Part shown: piece after piece, positions 36,688 to 49,955 of the stretch
Layout: each line of letters begins with the position of its first letter
Numbering within the stretch: the first letter of the stretch is position 1
Origin: an uncultured Chloroflexia bacterium
GTDB taxonomy: Bacteria; Chloroflexota; Anaerolineae; Anaerolineales; UBA4823
NCBI GenBank assembly: GCA_963792075.1
Contig: CAWBUW010000002.1
Coordinates: 466,850 to 530,849, forward strand
Direction of reading: 5' to 3'
Length of the DNA stretch: 64,000 bases
Notes under the pieces: model-generated
The model's input: only the letters and a program-made list of their open reading frames with translations
Told to the model about the DNA's origin: nothing
The model's database searches: none
Made by a program: the position numbers and the translations under genes

Positions 36688-37992
36688 ATGAAGCAAATAT
36701 GTGTCATCGGTGTTGGCTATGTGGGGCTGGTCACCGCAGCGATTTTTGCAGACCTGGGCAATCGCGTGATTGGGCTGGATATTTCGGCTGAAAAAATTGC
36801 CGGTTTGAAAGCAGGCGTCATGCCGATTTACGAGCCGGGATTGGCCGAAATCGTCAGCCATAACGTACATGCCGGACGCCTATCTTTTACCACTTCTTAC
36901 GATGAAGCTTTGAAAGATGTTGAATTTGTTTTTATCGGCGTCGGCACACCCTCTGGGTCGGACGGCGAGGCAGATTTGCGTTATGTGCGCCAGGTAGCTC
37001 AGTCCATCGCCGAGCACATGATCGCGCCGTTGATCCTCATCGACAAATCCACCGTTCCGGTAGGCACAGGCGAGTGGGTTGGGGATATTGTGCGTGCACA
37101 CCAGCCGCAGCCAATTCCTTTCTCGGTGGTTTCCTGCCCGGAATTCCTGCGCGAAGGCTCGGCAATCAGTGACAGCCTTAACCCCCACCGCACCGTGATT
37201 GGTTCCTCAGACCGGGCAGCCGCGGAACGTGTTGCCCAACTGCATATGCCGCTGCGCGCACCTATCATGATCACCGATCTGCGTACGGCCGAGATGATCA
37301 AATACGCCTCGAACGCTTTCCTGGCTACCAAGATATCTTTCATTAACGAAATCGCCAATATCTGTGAAGCCTTGGGCGCAGATGTTAAAGAGGTGGCTGC
37401 GGGCATGGGCTATGATAAGCGCATTGGCCCACAATTTCTTGACGCTGGCCTGGGCTATGGCGGCTCTTGTTTCCCCAAGGATGTCAAGGCCCTGGCCTAC
37501 ATGGCCGCTGAGAGCGGCCGTCACCCGCAACTGCTGCACGCTGTGATGGCGATCAATGACGACCGCCGGCCCATGGTGGTTCATCGCCTGAATGAAATGT
37601 TGTCCGGGTTGGAAGGCAAGACAGTTGGCTTGCTGGGCCTGGCTTTCAAACCGAACACGGATGATATGCGCGATGCTCCAGCCATCGACATTGCCCGGGC
37701 GCTGATTTCACAGGGGGCTGTGGTCAAGGCTTATGATCCGGTAGCTATGCCCACTGCGGCTCCGATCATGCCCGAGGTGTTGATGCAGGAGGATCCGTAT
37801 ACACTGGCTGAAGGCTGTGATGCACTTGTTGTGGTTACCGAGTGGAATGAGTTCAAACAGCTTGACCTGGAACGGCTACGCGATTTGATGAACCAGCCCG
37901 TTTTGCTGGATGGGCGGAACATTTATGATCCCAAGCAAATGGCAGCTCTCAAATTTACCTATCGAGGGATTGGACGCGGGCATGTGCTTTAG
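36688..37992 (+). CDS. ugd: UDP-glucose 6-dehydrogenase
   Basis: [13 protein letters not shown] and GGSCFPKD motifs. The start is taken at MKQICV. Confidence 0.9.
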   Translation: MKQICVIGVGYVGLVTAAIFADLGNRVIGLDISAEKIAGLKAGVMPIYEPGLAEIVSHNVHAGRLSFTTSYDEALKDVEFVFIGVGTPSGSDGEADLRYVRQVAQSIAEHMIAPLILIDKSTVPVGTGEWVGDIVRAHQPQPIPFSVVSCPEFLREGSAISDSLNPHRTVIGSSDRAAAERVAQLHMPLRAPIMITDLRTAEMIKYASNAFLATKISFINEIANICEALGADVKEVAAGMGYDKRIGPQFLDAGLGYGGSCFPKDVKALAYMAAESGRHPQLLHAVMAINDDRRPMVVHRLNEMLSGLEGKTVGLLGLAFKPNTDDMRDAPAIDIARALISQGAVVKAYDPVAMPTAAPIMPEVLMQEDPYTLAEGCDALVVVTEWNEFKQLDLERLRDLMNQPVLLDGRNIYDPKQMAALKFTYRGIGRGHVL

Positions 37993-38034
37993 ACCCTCCG
38001 GATGTAACCAGTCTAATTTCGGGAGGAGTCTTCG

Positions 38035-39027
38035 TTGACCAAAGCGTTAATTTTAGGTATCAATGGTCAGGATGGCTCCTACCTGTCCGAACTGCTGCTG
38101 GCTAAAGGCTACACCATCGTGGGCTGGCTTCCTACAGGGGTTCCCACCCCTTTAGATAATATTGCGCATTTACTAGGTCCAGGCGAGACGGCCCAGGTGC
38201 AGCTTGTCCAGGGACATTTGAACGACCAGGCTGGCTTATATACACTGATCGAGGAGGTTCAACCAGATGAAGTGTATAACCTGGCGGCGCCTTCTTTTCC
38301 TGCAGGTTCGTGGGAGCAGGCCGCGATGGTCGGCGATATCGCCGGGCTCGGCGTAGCGCGCCTGCTTGACGCCGTCCGCCAGGCGCGCCCTCAAGCTCGC
38401 TTTTACCAGGCCTCTACCAGCGAAATGTTTGGCGAACCGGTGGAAACCCCGCAGTCGGAGCGCACCCCTTTCCATCCGCGCAATCCTTACGGCGTAGCCA
38501 AGCTCTACGCTCATTGGATGGTGGTTAACGCTCGTATTAAGTATGGGCTGTATGCCGTGAGTGGCATTCTATATAACCATGAAAGCCCGCGCCGTGGGCT
38601 TGAATTTGTCACCCGCAAGATCACACATACTGCTGCAAAGATAAAGCTGGGGTTGGCAGACCGGCTGGCGCTGGGCAACCTGGAAGCCCGGCGGGATTGG
38701 GGGTATGCCGGCGATTATGTCCAGGCCATCTGGGCGATGCTGCATCAGGAAGAGCCAGAAGACCTGGTGATTGGCACCGGGCAGGCGCGGACAGTAGGTG
38801 AGTTTTGTACACGGGCTTTTGGATGCCTGGGATTGGACGCAAAGGACTATGTTGTACAAGATCCCAATCTCTATCGCCCATCCGAGGGCCTGGACCTGGT
38901 GGCTGATCCCCGCCGGGCCAAAGAGAAATTGGGCTGGGTGTCAGGTACAAGCTTTGACCAAATGGTGCATAGGATGGTTGAACATGATATGAAACTACTA
39001 AGCTCTGAACTGGAAGGAAAAAATTAA
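38035..39027 (+). CDS. gmd: GDP-mannose 4,6-dehydratase (second copy)
   Basis: ILGINGQDGSYLSELLL...YNHESPRRG. TTG start after GGGAGG. Confidence 0.85.
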   Translation: MTKALILGINGQDGSYLSELLLAKGYTIVGWLPTGVPTPLDNIAHLLGPGETAQVQLVQGHLNDQAGLYTLIEEVQPDEVYNLAAPSFPAGSWEQAAMVGDIAGLGVARLLDAVRQARPQARFYQASTSEMFGEPVETPQSERTPFHPRNPYGVAKLYAHWMVVNARIKYGLYAVSGILYNHESPRRGLEFVTRKITHTAAKIKLGLADRLALGNLEARRDWGYAGDYVQAIWAMLHQEEPEDLVIGTGQARTVGEFCTRAFGCLGLDAKDYVVQDPNLYRPSEGLDLVADPRRAKEKLGWVSGTSFDQMVHRMVEHDMKLLSSELEGKN

Positions 39028-39028
39028 C

Positions 39029-41151
<2,123 letters not shown>

Positions 41152-41155
41152 TCAG

Positions 41156-42127
41156 ATGAAATATCTGGTCACTGGCGCGGCAGGTTTTATTGCGAGTCGG
41201 GTGTCGGACCTGCTCCTCGAAGCCGGGCACACAATCGTAGGGGTGGATAACCTCAATGATGCCTATGATGTGCGCATGAAGGAGTATCGCCTGAAGCGAT
41301 TGCTCCCAAAGTCGGGATTCACTTTTCACAAGCTGGATATCGCAACCCGCGATCAGGTGGAACCTCTGGATGCGGAAGGCCCGTTCGATGCAGTTATCAA
41401 CCTGGCAGCACGGGCTGGAGTCCGGCAGGCGGTGGAGAACCCCTGGGTGTACCTGGATACCAATACGATGGGTACGCTGAACATGCTCGAGCTTTGCCGT
41501 CGCTTAAATGTCCCCAAGTTCCTCCTCGCTTCTACCTCCAGCATTTACGGCGCGGATGCCCCGATCCCCACGCCTGAAACCGCCTCCAGCGACCGGCCCC
41601 TGCAGCCTTACGCGGCCAGTAAGAAGGGCGCCGAAGTGCTGGCTTATACTTACCATTACTTGTACAAAGTAGACGTCAGCGTGGTGCGTTATTTCACGGT
41701 GTATGGCCCAGCAGGACGCCCGGATATGGTCATGTTCCGCCTGGCGAAATGGATCACTGAAGGTGAAACCGTACGCATGAACGGGGATGGGACTCAATCA
41801 CGTGGCTTCACCTACCTGGACGATATTGCCCGCGGCACGATCCTGGCGCTCAAACCGGTGGGTTACGAGATCCTCAACCTGGGTGGGCATGAAGCGATTA
41901 CGATGAATGAATTGATCCAAATGTTGGAAGAGATGATTGGGCGTAAGGCGCACCTGGAGTATTATCCATTCCATCCTGCGGACATGCAGGCGAACCTGGC
42001 AGACGTCAGCAAAGCACGCCAGATGTTGGGTTGGAGCCCAGAGTTTACTCTGCAGCGCGGTGTGCGCAACCTGGTGGACTGGTATATGCAGGAACGCAGT
42101 TGGGCCAGCCAGATTGCTACTCCCTGA
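41156..42127 (+). CDS. NAD-dependent epimerase (UDP-glucuronate 4-epimerase-like)
   Basis: VTGAAGFIASRV...NLNDAYDVRMKEYRL and YAASKKGAE. Confidence 0.75.
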   Translation: MKYLVTGAAGFIASRVSDLLLEAGHTIVGVDNLNDAYDVRMKEYRLKRLLPKSGFTFHKLDIATRDQVEPLDAEGPFDAVINLAARAGVRQAVENPWVYLDTNTMGTLNMLELCRRLNVPKFLLASTSSIYGADAPIPTPETASSDRPLQPYAASKKGAEVLAYTYHYLYKVDVSVVRYFTVYGPAGRPDMVMFRLAKWITEGETVRMNGDGTQSRGFTYLDDIARGTILALKPVGYEILNLGGHEAITMNELIQMLEEMIGRKAHLEYYPFHPADMQANLADVSKARQMLGWSPEFTLQRGVRNLVDWYMQERSWASQIATP

Positions 42128-42140
42128 TCAAGGAGCCAAA

Positions 42141-44366
42141 GTGAAGCAGCTTTCGCAAAATATGCAATCCGGGCTGCTCCGGGTTGAAGAAGTTCCAGCA
42201 CCGGATGTGCAGCCTGGGCGTGTCCTGGTGCAGACAGCTTACTCACTAATCAGTGCAGGCACAGAACGTTCGCTGGTCGAAACCGGGCGTAAGAGCCTGG
42301 TGGGCAAGGCGCTCTCACGGCCGGACCAGGTGCGCAAAGTGCTGCGTTCAGCGCAGCAGTTGGGGCTGCAGGCCACTTTCAGTTTAGTCAAATCCCGCCT
42401 GGACGCGCGCATGCCGTTGGGCTATAGCTCGGCGGGCGTGGTCCTTGCCGTGGGCGCTGGAATTGAGGGCCTGAAGGCCGGCGACTGGGTCGCCTGCGGC
42501 GGGGCTTCTGCCGGGCATGCGGAAGTGATGAGCGTACCGCGTAACCTGTGCGTGCCTGTGCCTGAGGGAGTGACTCTGCGCCAGGCAGCTTTTGCCACCG
42601 TGGGTGCGATAGCCCTGCAGGGGATCCGCCTGGCGGATGTGCGTATCGGTGAGGTCGTGCTGGTGATCGGCCTGGGATTACTGGGTAACCTGACTGTGCA
42701 GATGCTAAAAGCTTCCGGCTGCAGCGTGGCCGGTTATGACCCCAATTCGCAGCGCTGCGAACTGGCCTTGAAGTTGGGAGCAGATTACGCCTTTTCCGAC
42801 GAGAAGTTGTTGGAAAGCACGCTGGCGCATCTCTCTATGTCGCATGGCGCCGACGCCGTGATCATTACCGCAGGCACCTCCAGCAGCCGCCCGGTGGAGA
42901 TGGCCGGGGAGCTGTGCCGCGACAAGGGCAAGGTGATTGTGGTGGGAGCGGTCGGGCTGACCCTGCCGCGGGGTCCCTATTACAACAAGGAAATTTCGTT
43001 TGCCATCTCTCGCTCCTATGGTCCGGGCCGGTATGACCTCACCTATGAAGAGAAGGGGAGCGACTATCCATATGGTTACGTGCGCTGGACGGAAGGGCGC
43101 AATATGCACGCCTTCCTGGGGCTGCTCAAAGAGCGCAAAGTGGACGTCGACAGCCTGGTGACGCATACTTTTCCCTTAGACCAGGCCATTGAAGCCTATG
43201 ACCTGATCAGCGGTAAACGCCAACCAGCCTCCCCTGAAACACCTGGGCTGTCTTTCATGGGGGTGCTCTTTGAGTATCCTCAATTAGCCGACTTGAACCG
43301 GCGGGTTGAGATGCAGCCAGCCAGCGGTCGGTCCGCCTTGGCTTCACCGGACACGCTGAAGATCGGTGTGATTGGCGCCGGGAATTTCGCTCGCAGCATG
43401 CTGCTGCCTCACTTGAAGGGACATCCGCAAATAACCCTGGCCGGGGTGGCTACGCGGACGCCATTGGAGAGCCGGGATGTGGCTGACCGCTTCGGTTTTG
43501 GGTATGCTGCCACCGATCCAGACCAGGTTTTGCAGGACGCCGCCATCCAGGCGGTAATCATTGCCACGCGGCACGACTCGCATGCCAGCCTGGCTGTACG
43601 CGCCCTGCAAGCGGGCAAAGCCGTACACGTGGAAAAGCCGCTGGCGATGACGGAGGTTGAGCTGGAGGCGGTCGTTGAGGTTTATCGTCAACTGGCCGCG
43701 GGTGCCGGTGCATCCCCCTTCTTGATGGTTGGCTTCAACCGCCGCTTTGCGCCATTGGTGCGCCAGGCTGCAGATTTCTTTGCCCTGCGCAGCGAACCGT
43801 TGGCGATGTCTTTCCGCATCAATGCGGGTTATCTGCCCCTGGATCACTGGACGCAGGACCTGGAAGTTGGCGGCGGCCGGATCGTGGGCGAGGTCTGCCA
43901 CTTCCTGGATCTCTTCCAGTTCCTGGCAGGTGCGCAGCTGACCAGTGTGTATGCCCGTGCCTTGCCCAACCAGGGCCGTTATCGAGATGATAACTTGGCG
44001 ATTACCGCTGCACTGGCAGATGGATCTGTCGGTAATGTACTGTACGTTGCCAATGGCGATAAAGCGCAGGGCAAAGAATACCTGGAAATTTTCTGTGAGG
44101 GCTCTGCAGCCGTGTTGGATGATTACCAGAGCCTGGCGCTTTACCGCGGCCGGAAACAGGTCTCTCGCCAGGGGGCGCGGGATAAAGGACATCACGGTGA
44201 GATGCTCGCCTGGGTAGAGGCGCTCCGGAGCGGTCAATCCGAACCGGTGCCTTTTACGCACGCGGTCACCGCAACGCGAGCAACATTTGCTGTGCAGCAA
44301 TCTTTGTCCAGCGGCCAGCCTGTCTCGCTTCCTGTTCTGGATACCCTGAAAGGATCATCTGAATGA
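42141..44366 (+). CDS. bi-domain oxidoreductase (zinc-ADH-like plus Gfo/Idh/MocA-like)
   Basis: GTG start after AAGGAG. MDR-type N-terminal half and a GAGNFA Rossmann C-terminal half. Confidence 0.75.
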   Translation: MKQLSQNMQSGLLRVEEVPAPDVQPGRVLVQTAYSLISAGTERSLVETGRKSLVGKALSRPDQVRKVLRSAQQLGLQATFSLVKSRLDARMPLGYSSAGVVLAVGAGIEGLKAGDWVACGGASAGHAEVMSVPRNLCVPVPEGVTLRQAAFATVGAIALQGIRLADVRIGEVVLVIGLGLLGNLTVQMLKASGCSVAGYDPNSQRCELALKLGADYAFSDEKLLESTLAHLSMSHGADAVIITAGTSSSRPVEMAGELCRDKGKVIVVGAVGLTLPRGPYYNKEISFAISRSYGPGRYDLTYEEKGSDYPYGYVRWTEGRNMHAFLGLLKERKVDVDSLVTHTFPLDQAIEAYDLISGKRQPASPETPGLSFMGVLFEYPQLADLNRRVEMQPASGRSALASPDTLKIGVIGAGNFARSMLLPHLKGHPQITLAGVATRTPLESRDVADRFGFGYAATDPDQVLQDAAIQAVIIATRHDSHASLAVRALQAGKAVHVEKPLAMTEVELEAVVEVYRQLAAGAGASPFLMVGFNRRFAPLVRQAADFFALRSEPLAMSFRINAGYLPLDHWTQDLEVGGGRIVGEVCHFLDLFQFLAGAQLTSVYARALPNQGRYRDDNLAITAALADGSVGNVLYVANGDKAQGKEYLEIFCEGSAAVLDDYQSLALYRGRKQVSRQGARDKGHHGEMLAWVEALRSGQSEPVPFTHAVTATRATFAVQQSLSSGQPVSLPVLDTLKGSSE

Positions 44367-45640
44367 AAGTCTGTATCTTAGGTCTGGGTTATATCGGCTT
44401 ACCCACGGCAGCCATGTTCGCCACGCACGGTGTGCAGGTGCTGGGGGTGGACGTGAACGACCAGGTGGTCGCGACGCTGCAGAGCGGCAAGATCCATATC
44501 CACGAACCGGGCTTGCTGGACCTGGTGCAGGATGCTCTCACCACTGGGAATCTGCAGGTCAGCCACCAGCCAGAACTGGCTGACGCTTTTTTGATCGCAG
44601 TACCGACCCCATTTTATGAAGACAAGACTGCCGATATGCGCGCGGTGACCTCAGCAACTGAAGCCATTGTGCCTTACCTGCGCCCGGGGAACCTGGTAGT
44701 ACTCGAGTCCACTTCACCGCCCCGCACGACGGTAGATTTGGTGCTGCCTATCCTGGAGAAGTCCGGGCTGAAGGCAGGGCGGGATTTTTACCTGGCTTAT
44801 TCCCCCGAACGTGTGCTGCCGGGTAAAATCCTGGATGAGCTGGTGCAAAACGCACGCGTGATCGGTGGCCTGACTCCGGCCTGCGCCCGGCTTGGACGGG
44901 AATTGTACGCCCACTTTGTGCGCGGTGAAATTGTCGAAACCGATGCCACCACCGCCGAGATGGTCAAATTGATGGAAAATACTTACCGGGATGTGAATAT
45001 TGCGATTGCCAACGAGTTTTCCCGCCTGGCAGATCGTTTTGGGGTGGATGTATGGGATGCGATCAGCCTGGCTAACCGCCACCCGCGCGTGAAAATCCTC
45101 CGTCCAGGCCCGGGTGTGGGAGGTCACTGCATCAGCGTGGATCCCTGGTTCTTCGTACAGGCCGCCCCTGACCTGACCCCGTTGATCCACACGGCCCGGC
45201 TGGTCAACGATGCACAACCGCATTTTGTGGTCCAATTGGTACAGCGTTTGATGGGTGATCTGACCGGACGGCGCATTGCAGCCCTTGGATTAGCGTTCAA
45301 ACCGGATGTAGATGATCTGCGTGAGAGTCCCACGGTGGAGATATGCCAATTACTCTCCCAGGGAGGCGCACAGGTGAAGGCATTTGAGCCTTTCCGCCCG
45401 GATATGGGTTTTGAAGGTTTTCAAACCATGCTGACTCTGGATGCGGCGGTGAAGGATGCTGAATTGATCCTGCTTCTGGTTGGCCATGCGCAGTTCCGCG
45501 CCTTAGATCCGGTCCACCTGGCGCAGCTCACCTCGGCGCGCCAGGTTCTGGACACGGTCAATGGTTTGCCTCTGGCGGATTGGAAAGCAGCCGGCTTTGT
45601 GCTCTCCAGGCTGGGAGCCGCAAAGCCGGAGCCCAGGTAG
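44363..45640 (+). CDS. wecC: UDP-N-acetyl-D-mannosamine dehydrogenase
   Basis: GLGYIGLPTAA and GGHCISVDPWF motifs. Confidence 0.88.
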   Translation: MKVCILGLGYIGLPTAAMFATHGVQVLGVDVNDQVVATLQSGKIHIHEPGLLDLVQDALTTGNLQVSHQPELADAFLIAVPTPFYEDKTADMRAVTSATEAIVPYLRPGNLVVLESTSPPRTTVDLVLPILEKSGLKAGRDFYLAYSPERVLPGKILDELVQNARVIGGLTPACARLGRELYAHFVRGEIVETDATTAEMVKLMENTYRDVNIAIANEFSRLADRFGVDVWDAISLANRHPRVKILRPGPGVGGHCISVDPWFFVQAAPDLTPLIHTARLVNDAQPHFVVQLVQRLMGDLTGRRIAALGLAFKPDVDDLRESPTVEICQLLSQGGAQVKAFEPFRPDMGFEGFQTMLTLDAAVKDAELILLLVGHAQFRALDPVHLAQLTSARQVLDTVNGLPLADWKAAGFVLSRLGAAKPEPR

Positions 45641-45667
45641 TTCAGCGCTGCTGGTGTAGTTATTGAT

Positions 45668-46870
45668 ATGAGCCAGATGCGCCCTTCTTCGCCTGAGCAG
45701 CAAAAAGCGTACAAGGCGCTGTGTTGCATTCTAACAGACCGCTTTTCTCAAGTGCCATGGACGGATTTGTCAAAGGCGGATTGGATGAATTTGCAGCAGA
45801 TGGCGTTGCAGCACCGCGTGGGGCCACTGGTGTACTGGAAATTGAAGGGACAACTGCTTGATCAGTGGGGCGCGCCTGAAAAGTGGATCGAGCCGCTAAC
45901 CGATAGTTATTACACCACCTTTGCGTATAATACGCTCTTATTCCGTTCTCTCTGGCTGATTTTGGCTACATTGTACCTGGAGAAAATCCCGGTGGTACTG
46001 CTAAAAGGTGCCAGCCTGGCAACCCAGGTTTACGAGAATATTGGCCTGCGTCCGATGGGAGATCTGGACTTGCTTTTTGAACGCCAGGATATTCCCACTG
46101 CTGCCCGCGTGCTGCAGCAGCAAGGCCTAACGCCGGTGGTGATGGAAGATGAGGCCACCCCGGATAATCTGAATATTTACGCCCAGCCGTTCACTGGAAT
46201 GAATAGCCCCGTTGCGGTGGAAATGCATTGGGACCTGTTTGGCCGGGAGACGCACCGCTATGAACCAGACCTCGCCTGGTTTATAGCACAAACCGAGCCT
46301 TTCCAGCCGCCGCAGAGCGAGCCAGTGCAGATGGGTGATGTACGACTGCCCTCGGATTCACTGAATTTCATCTATCTGTCTGCGCACGCAGTTTTAAAAC
46401 ATCGGGGTTCCGGAGAGCATTTGCTTTGGTACGTAGACCTGTATCGCCTGGCCAGCCGAGGGAACCTGGATTGGGAATGGATGGCGGAAGCTGCCCGGCG
46501 CATGCACTGGGGCGCCGGCCTGGTAGCTTGTTTGTTAGTGCTGTCTCAGGATTTTGGCCTGCCTCTACCCAAAGGGTACCTGGATCAGATTCTCGCTTCG
46601 GTAGAAGCGCGGGATCTCGAATATGTGCAGCAGCGGGGTGAAATGAGGAATAACTGGCAGGGTTTCCTCACTACGCTCCACCCGTTAAGCTGGCGAGACC
46701 GGGGACGATTTCTCTGGGGCGCTGCTCTTCCACAGCCGGCCTACATGCGGTGGCGCTACCGCCCCTCACCAGAGTGGGCCTGGCCGTTGATGTACCCCTA
46801 CCGCTGGGTCCGAGGCTTCCTTAAGCTGTTTTTCAACGCTCCAGATACTCCGCCTCCCGCGGCGAGATAG
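45668..46870 (+). CDS. uncharacterised nucleotidyltransferase-family protein (NTP_transf_5-like)
   Basis: LLKGASL...GDLDLLF motif; 400 aa. Confidence 0.6.
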   Translation: MSQMRPSSPEQQKAYKALCCILTDRFSQVPWTDLSKADWMNLQQMALQHRVGPLVYWKLKGQLLDQWGAPEKWIEPLTDSYYTTFAYNTLLFRSLWLILATLYLEKIPVVLLKGASLATQVYENIGLRPMGDLDLLFERQDIPTAARVLQQQGLTPVVMEDEATPDNLNIYAQPFTGMNSPVAVEMHWDLFGRETHRYEPDLAWFIAQTEPFQPPQSEPVQMGDVRLPSDSLNFIYLSAHAVLKHRGSGEHLLWYVDLYRLASRGNLDWEWMAEAARRMHWGAGLVACLLVLSQDFGLPLPKGYLDQILASVEARDLEYVQQRGEMRNNWQGFLTTLHPLSWRDRGRFLWGAALPQPAYMRWRYRPSPEWAWPLMYPYRWVRGFLKLFFNAPDTPPPAAR

Positions 46871-46872
46871 CC

Positions 46873-48159
46873 ATGAGCATATTTCAATCGCGTAAGATAC
46901 TGCAACCGTTCCAGTTCCTGGCTCAACACGAGCTCTGGCATGCAGTGCTGCTGGTAGGCCTGAGCATCCTCCAGCCCGTCTTTTTGCCCTGGGCGGCTCT
47001 AGGGTTGGGGATATTATCTCTGATTCGCTGGCTGGGGAAGGGTCGTTGGAGTGTACGTACTCCAGTGGATGGTCCCATCATCGTACTGGCTCTGATGGCT
47101 TTGATCTCGTTATGGATCACTCCCCTGCCAGGGGTGACGCTGCCTGAGGTATACCGGTTACTGACCGGACTGGCTCTGTTTTATGTCATCGTAAATTGGT
47201 CAACGAAGCCCGCGCACGTTGCCTGGCTGACGGTTGGCACCGCCGGCCTGGCGCCGGGTTTGGCCTTCATGGCTATATTCAGCGTGAATTGGCCAGCCGG
47301 GAAATTGCCCTTGATCCCACGTTCGCTCTATGAGCCTTTTGCCCAACGGATTGCGGATGCAGTTCACCCAAATGTGCTGGCGGGAAACCTGGCGGTAGTC
47401 ATGCCGGTCTGCCTGGCATTATTCCTTTTTCGCTGGGGAGAGGGTCCGATGAAACACTGGCAGCGCATCCTGCTGCGCCTGCTTCTAGGCGGGATGCTGG
47501 CTTTTTGCGCTGCGATTTTTCTTTAACTCAGTCGCGCGGTTCCTGGATGGCTTTTGGATTGGCTGCAGCCGTGATCATCATGCTTCGTTTTCGTTGGGGT
47601 TGGCTGCTCACGCTGATCACCGGGGCGGGTGCGCTGGGCGTGGCTTATTATTTTCTGGACGTCCCGCGTTTGCTCCGCTGGCTGCGTTCCAGCTTCCTGG
47701 TGGGCGAACTGGCAGGCCGGATCGAACTGTGGGCGCGAGGAATCTTCATGCTGGAAGATTTCTTTTTTACCGGGATCGGCATGGGCACTTATGCACAGAC
47801 GGCGAATGCGCTCTACCCATTGCGGTCAGTCGCGCCACCGCACGCGCACAACTTGTTCTTGCAGGTTGGCCTGGATTTGGGCATGCCCGGATTGTTGGCC
47901 TGGCTGGCCATTTTCCTGGTCGTGACCTGGGCTGCCTGGCGCCTGACCCGCGGTCAAGAGTTCGAGTACTGTCTGGATGCGCGCGTTAGGTGCGGGTGTG
48001 TTGGGCAGCCAACTGGTGATGGCTGTGCATGGTCTGTTTGATGCCGTCACCTGGGGGATGATTCGGCCGGCGCCAATAACCTGGGGGCTGTGGGGGGTGT
48101 GCCTGGGTGCTTATTTGTTGGTCCATCGGATACAGCCTGCGGACGCGGAGGCGGCTTGA
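46873..48159 (+). pseudogene. O-antigen ligase/Wzy-like membrane protein read in three frame segments (possibly sequencing indels)
   Basis: The first segment ends at 47526. The Wzy_C-like core (LTQSRGSW...HAHNLFLQVGLDLG) is in another frame. The tail, from about 47950, returns to the first frame. Confidence 0.7.
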
Positions 48160-49205
48160 TCGCGCGGTTCCGGCGGTTGGGCCGGGAGCGGTGGCTGCAG
48201 CTCGTGCTTGGCAGCGCCATCAGTGTGCTGGCTCTATACCTGGCTTTGCGTAAGATTTCGCTCCAAGATGTGATGCAGGTATTTTCCCGTGCAAACTGGG
48301 TTTACCTGGCGTTCGCTTTGATCGCCTGGGCGATCCATAATTTAGCCAAAGCAGCGCGCTGGGGGCTGCTGTTGGCGCCGGTCCAAACTGAAAACAGGCC
48401 AGGAGTGCCGCTGCGGGATTTGTTCTTCTCGCTGATGGCAGGCCAGATGCTCAATCTGGTTTACCCCGGCCGGGTGGGAGACATCAGCCGTATCCTGGTC
48501 ATTGGCGGCCGCGGGCCAGGCAAAGCAGCGACTGCGGGGACTCTGGTTTTGGAAAAAGCAGTGGACACGATCTGCTATGCCATCTTAATGGCGATTTTGT
48601 CCTTGTTGATTGCGATACCGGGTTGGTTGGTTGGCGCACTGCTGTGGCTGGTTGGGATGCTGGCCGGTTTCTGGCTGTTTCTTTTTTTGTTTGGCCGGGA
48701 GCAGCCCTGGCCTGAGTCTCTCGTTACTTGGCTGGATCGCAGGCAAATGAGCTGGCTGCCGGCCAGGCGCATCGAAGGTTTGCTGCTTTCGTTCCGGGCG
48801 GGCGTCTCTGGGTTTGCAGGACTACGCGCCTGGCAACCCTTTGCCCGGCTGTCTTTGTGGTCCGCGACTGCCTGGGGAATGTCGCTCTTGATCAACTGGC
48901 TGGTTGCTATTTCTGTGGGCTTAAAGTTTGACACTCTCTCCTCAACGCTTGCTGCTCAGATCCTGGTTTTAATTGGATTGCAGGCCGGGATCGCGATTCC
49001 ATCGTTGCCGGGTAGGGTGGGGGTGTTCGAATATATCTGTGTGCTGACCTTGGGGGTATTTGGGATTGAGCCCTCGGCTGCCTTCGGCTACGGTGTGCTG
49101 CTGCACGTCGTGGTAATGCTGCCAACCTTATTGATGGGTTGGGCGGCGTTGGTGATCCTCGGGTTAGACCGCAAGCTGGTAATAGATGAACACGCAGAAG
49201 TTTGA
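48156..49205 (+). CDS. UPF0104/LPG-synthase-TM family flippase-like membrane protein
   Basis: Polytopic. The TTG start overlapping the upstream TGA is proposed; the start is uncertain (ORF track 48090). Confidence 0.65.
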   Translation: MIARFRRLGRERWLQLVLGSAISVLALYLALRKISLQDVMQVFSRANWVYLAFALIAWAIHNLAKAARWGLLLAPVQTENRPGVPLRDLFFSLMAGQMLNLVYPGRVGDISRILVIGGRGPGKAATAGTLVLEKAVDTICYAILMAILSLLIAIPGWLVGALLWLVGMLAGFWLFLFLFGREQPWPESLVTWLDRRQMSWLPARRIEGLLLSFRAGVSGFAGLRAWQPFARLSLWSATAWGMSLLINWLVAISVGLKFDTLSSTLAAQILVLIGLQAGIAIPSLPGRVGVFEYICVLTLGVFGIEPSAAFGYGVLLHVVVMLPTLLMGWAALVILGLDRKLVIDEHAEV

Positions 49206-49953
49206 AAGGGTAGATATCTTAGGCGTCCAGATCGCCTGTACCGATCGGGAAGGGTTGTTTCGCACAGCCTCCGACTGGGCCAACCAGAACGAAAAGCATA
49301 CAATTTGTTATGCCAACGCGCATACCCTAAATATTGCAGCTAAAAACGGGCCCCTGTGCAACGTGATGAACCAGGCAGACCTGGTTTATACAGACGGAAT
49401 CAGTGTGGTTTGGGCCGCCAAATTCCTTTATAATATCCATCTCGAGAAGATGACTGCCCGAGCCTGGTTCTACGACTTTGCTGCCCAGGCTGCACAAAGT
49501 GGCTCGAAAATTTTTCTTCTGGGCGGTATGGAAGGGGTCGCCCGGCGCGCGGCGGAAAATCTGGTCGCAGCCCAACCAGGGCTGCAGGTCGTAGGCTTCC
49601 AGACAGGCGTCTTCTCAACCGGCCAGTCCGCTGGCGAGGAACTTACCCTTGTAGAGCAGATTAACCGGGCCGGGCCAGATATCTTGTTTGTCGGCCTCGG
49701 GACGCCGCTGCAGGAGGATTGGATCTTCTGTAACCGGCAGGCTCTGAAGGTCCCGCTGTGCTGGGCGGTAGGTGCGTTGTTCGATTATTTAGCCGGGAGC
49801 GAGAAACCAGTCCCGGCGTGGATGGACCGGCTTGGTCTGGAATGGTTATGGCGTTTGGGGTTGGACCCGCGTGGGAAATGGGAGCGCTATTTATTGGGTA
49901 ACCCGCGCTTTATTTGGCGGGTGTGGCGTCAAAAACTAGCTCAGGATAAATAA
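49186..49953 (+). CDS. WecB/TagA/CpsF family glycosyltransferase (GT26)
   Basis: VGLGTPLQEDWI motif; 255 aa. Confidence 0.85.
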   Translation: MNTQKFERVDILGVQIACTDREGLFRTASDWANQNEKHTICYANAHTLNIAAKNGPLCNVMNQADLVYTDGISVVWAAKFLYNIHLEKMTARAWFYDFAAQAAQSGSKIFLLGGMEGVARRAAENLVAAQPGLQVVGFQTGVFSTGQSAGEELTLVEQINRAGPDILFVGLGTPLQEDWIFCNRQALKVPLCWAVGALFDYLAGSEKPVPAWMDRLGLEWLWRLGLDPRGKWERYLLGNPRFIWRVWRQKLAQDK

Positions 49954-49955
49954 AA

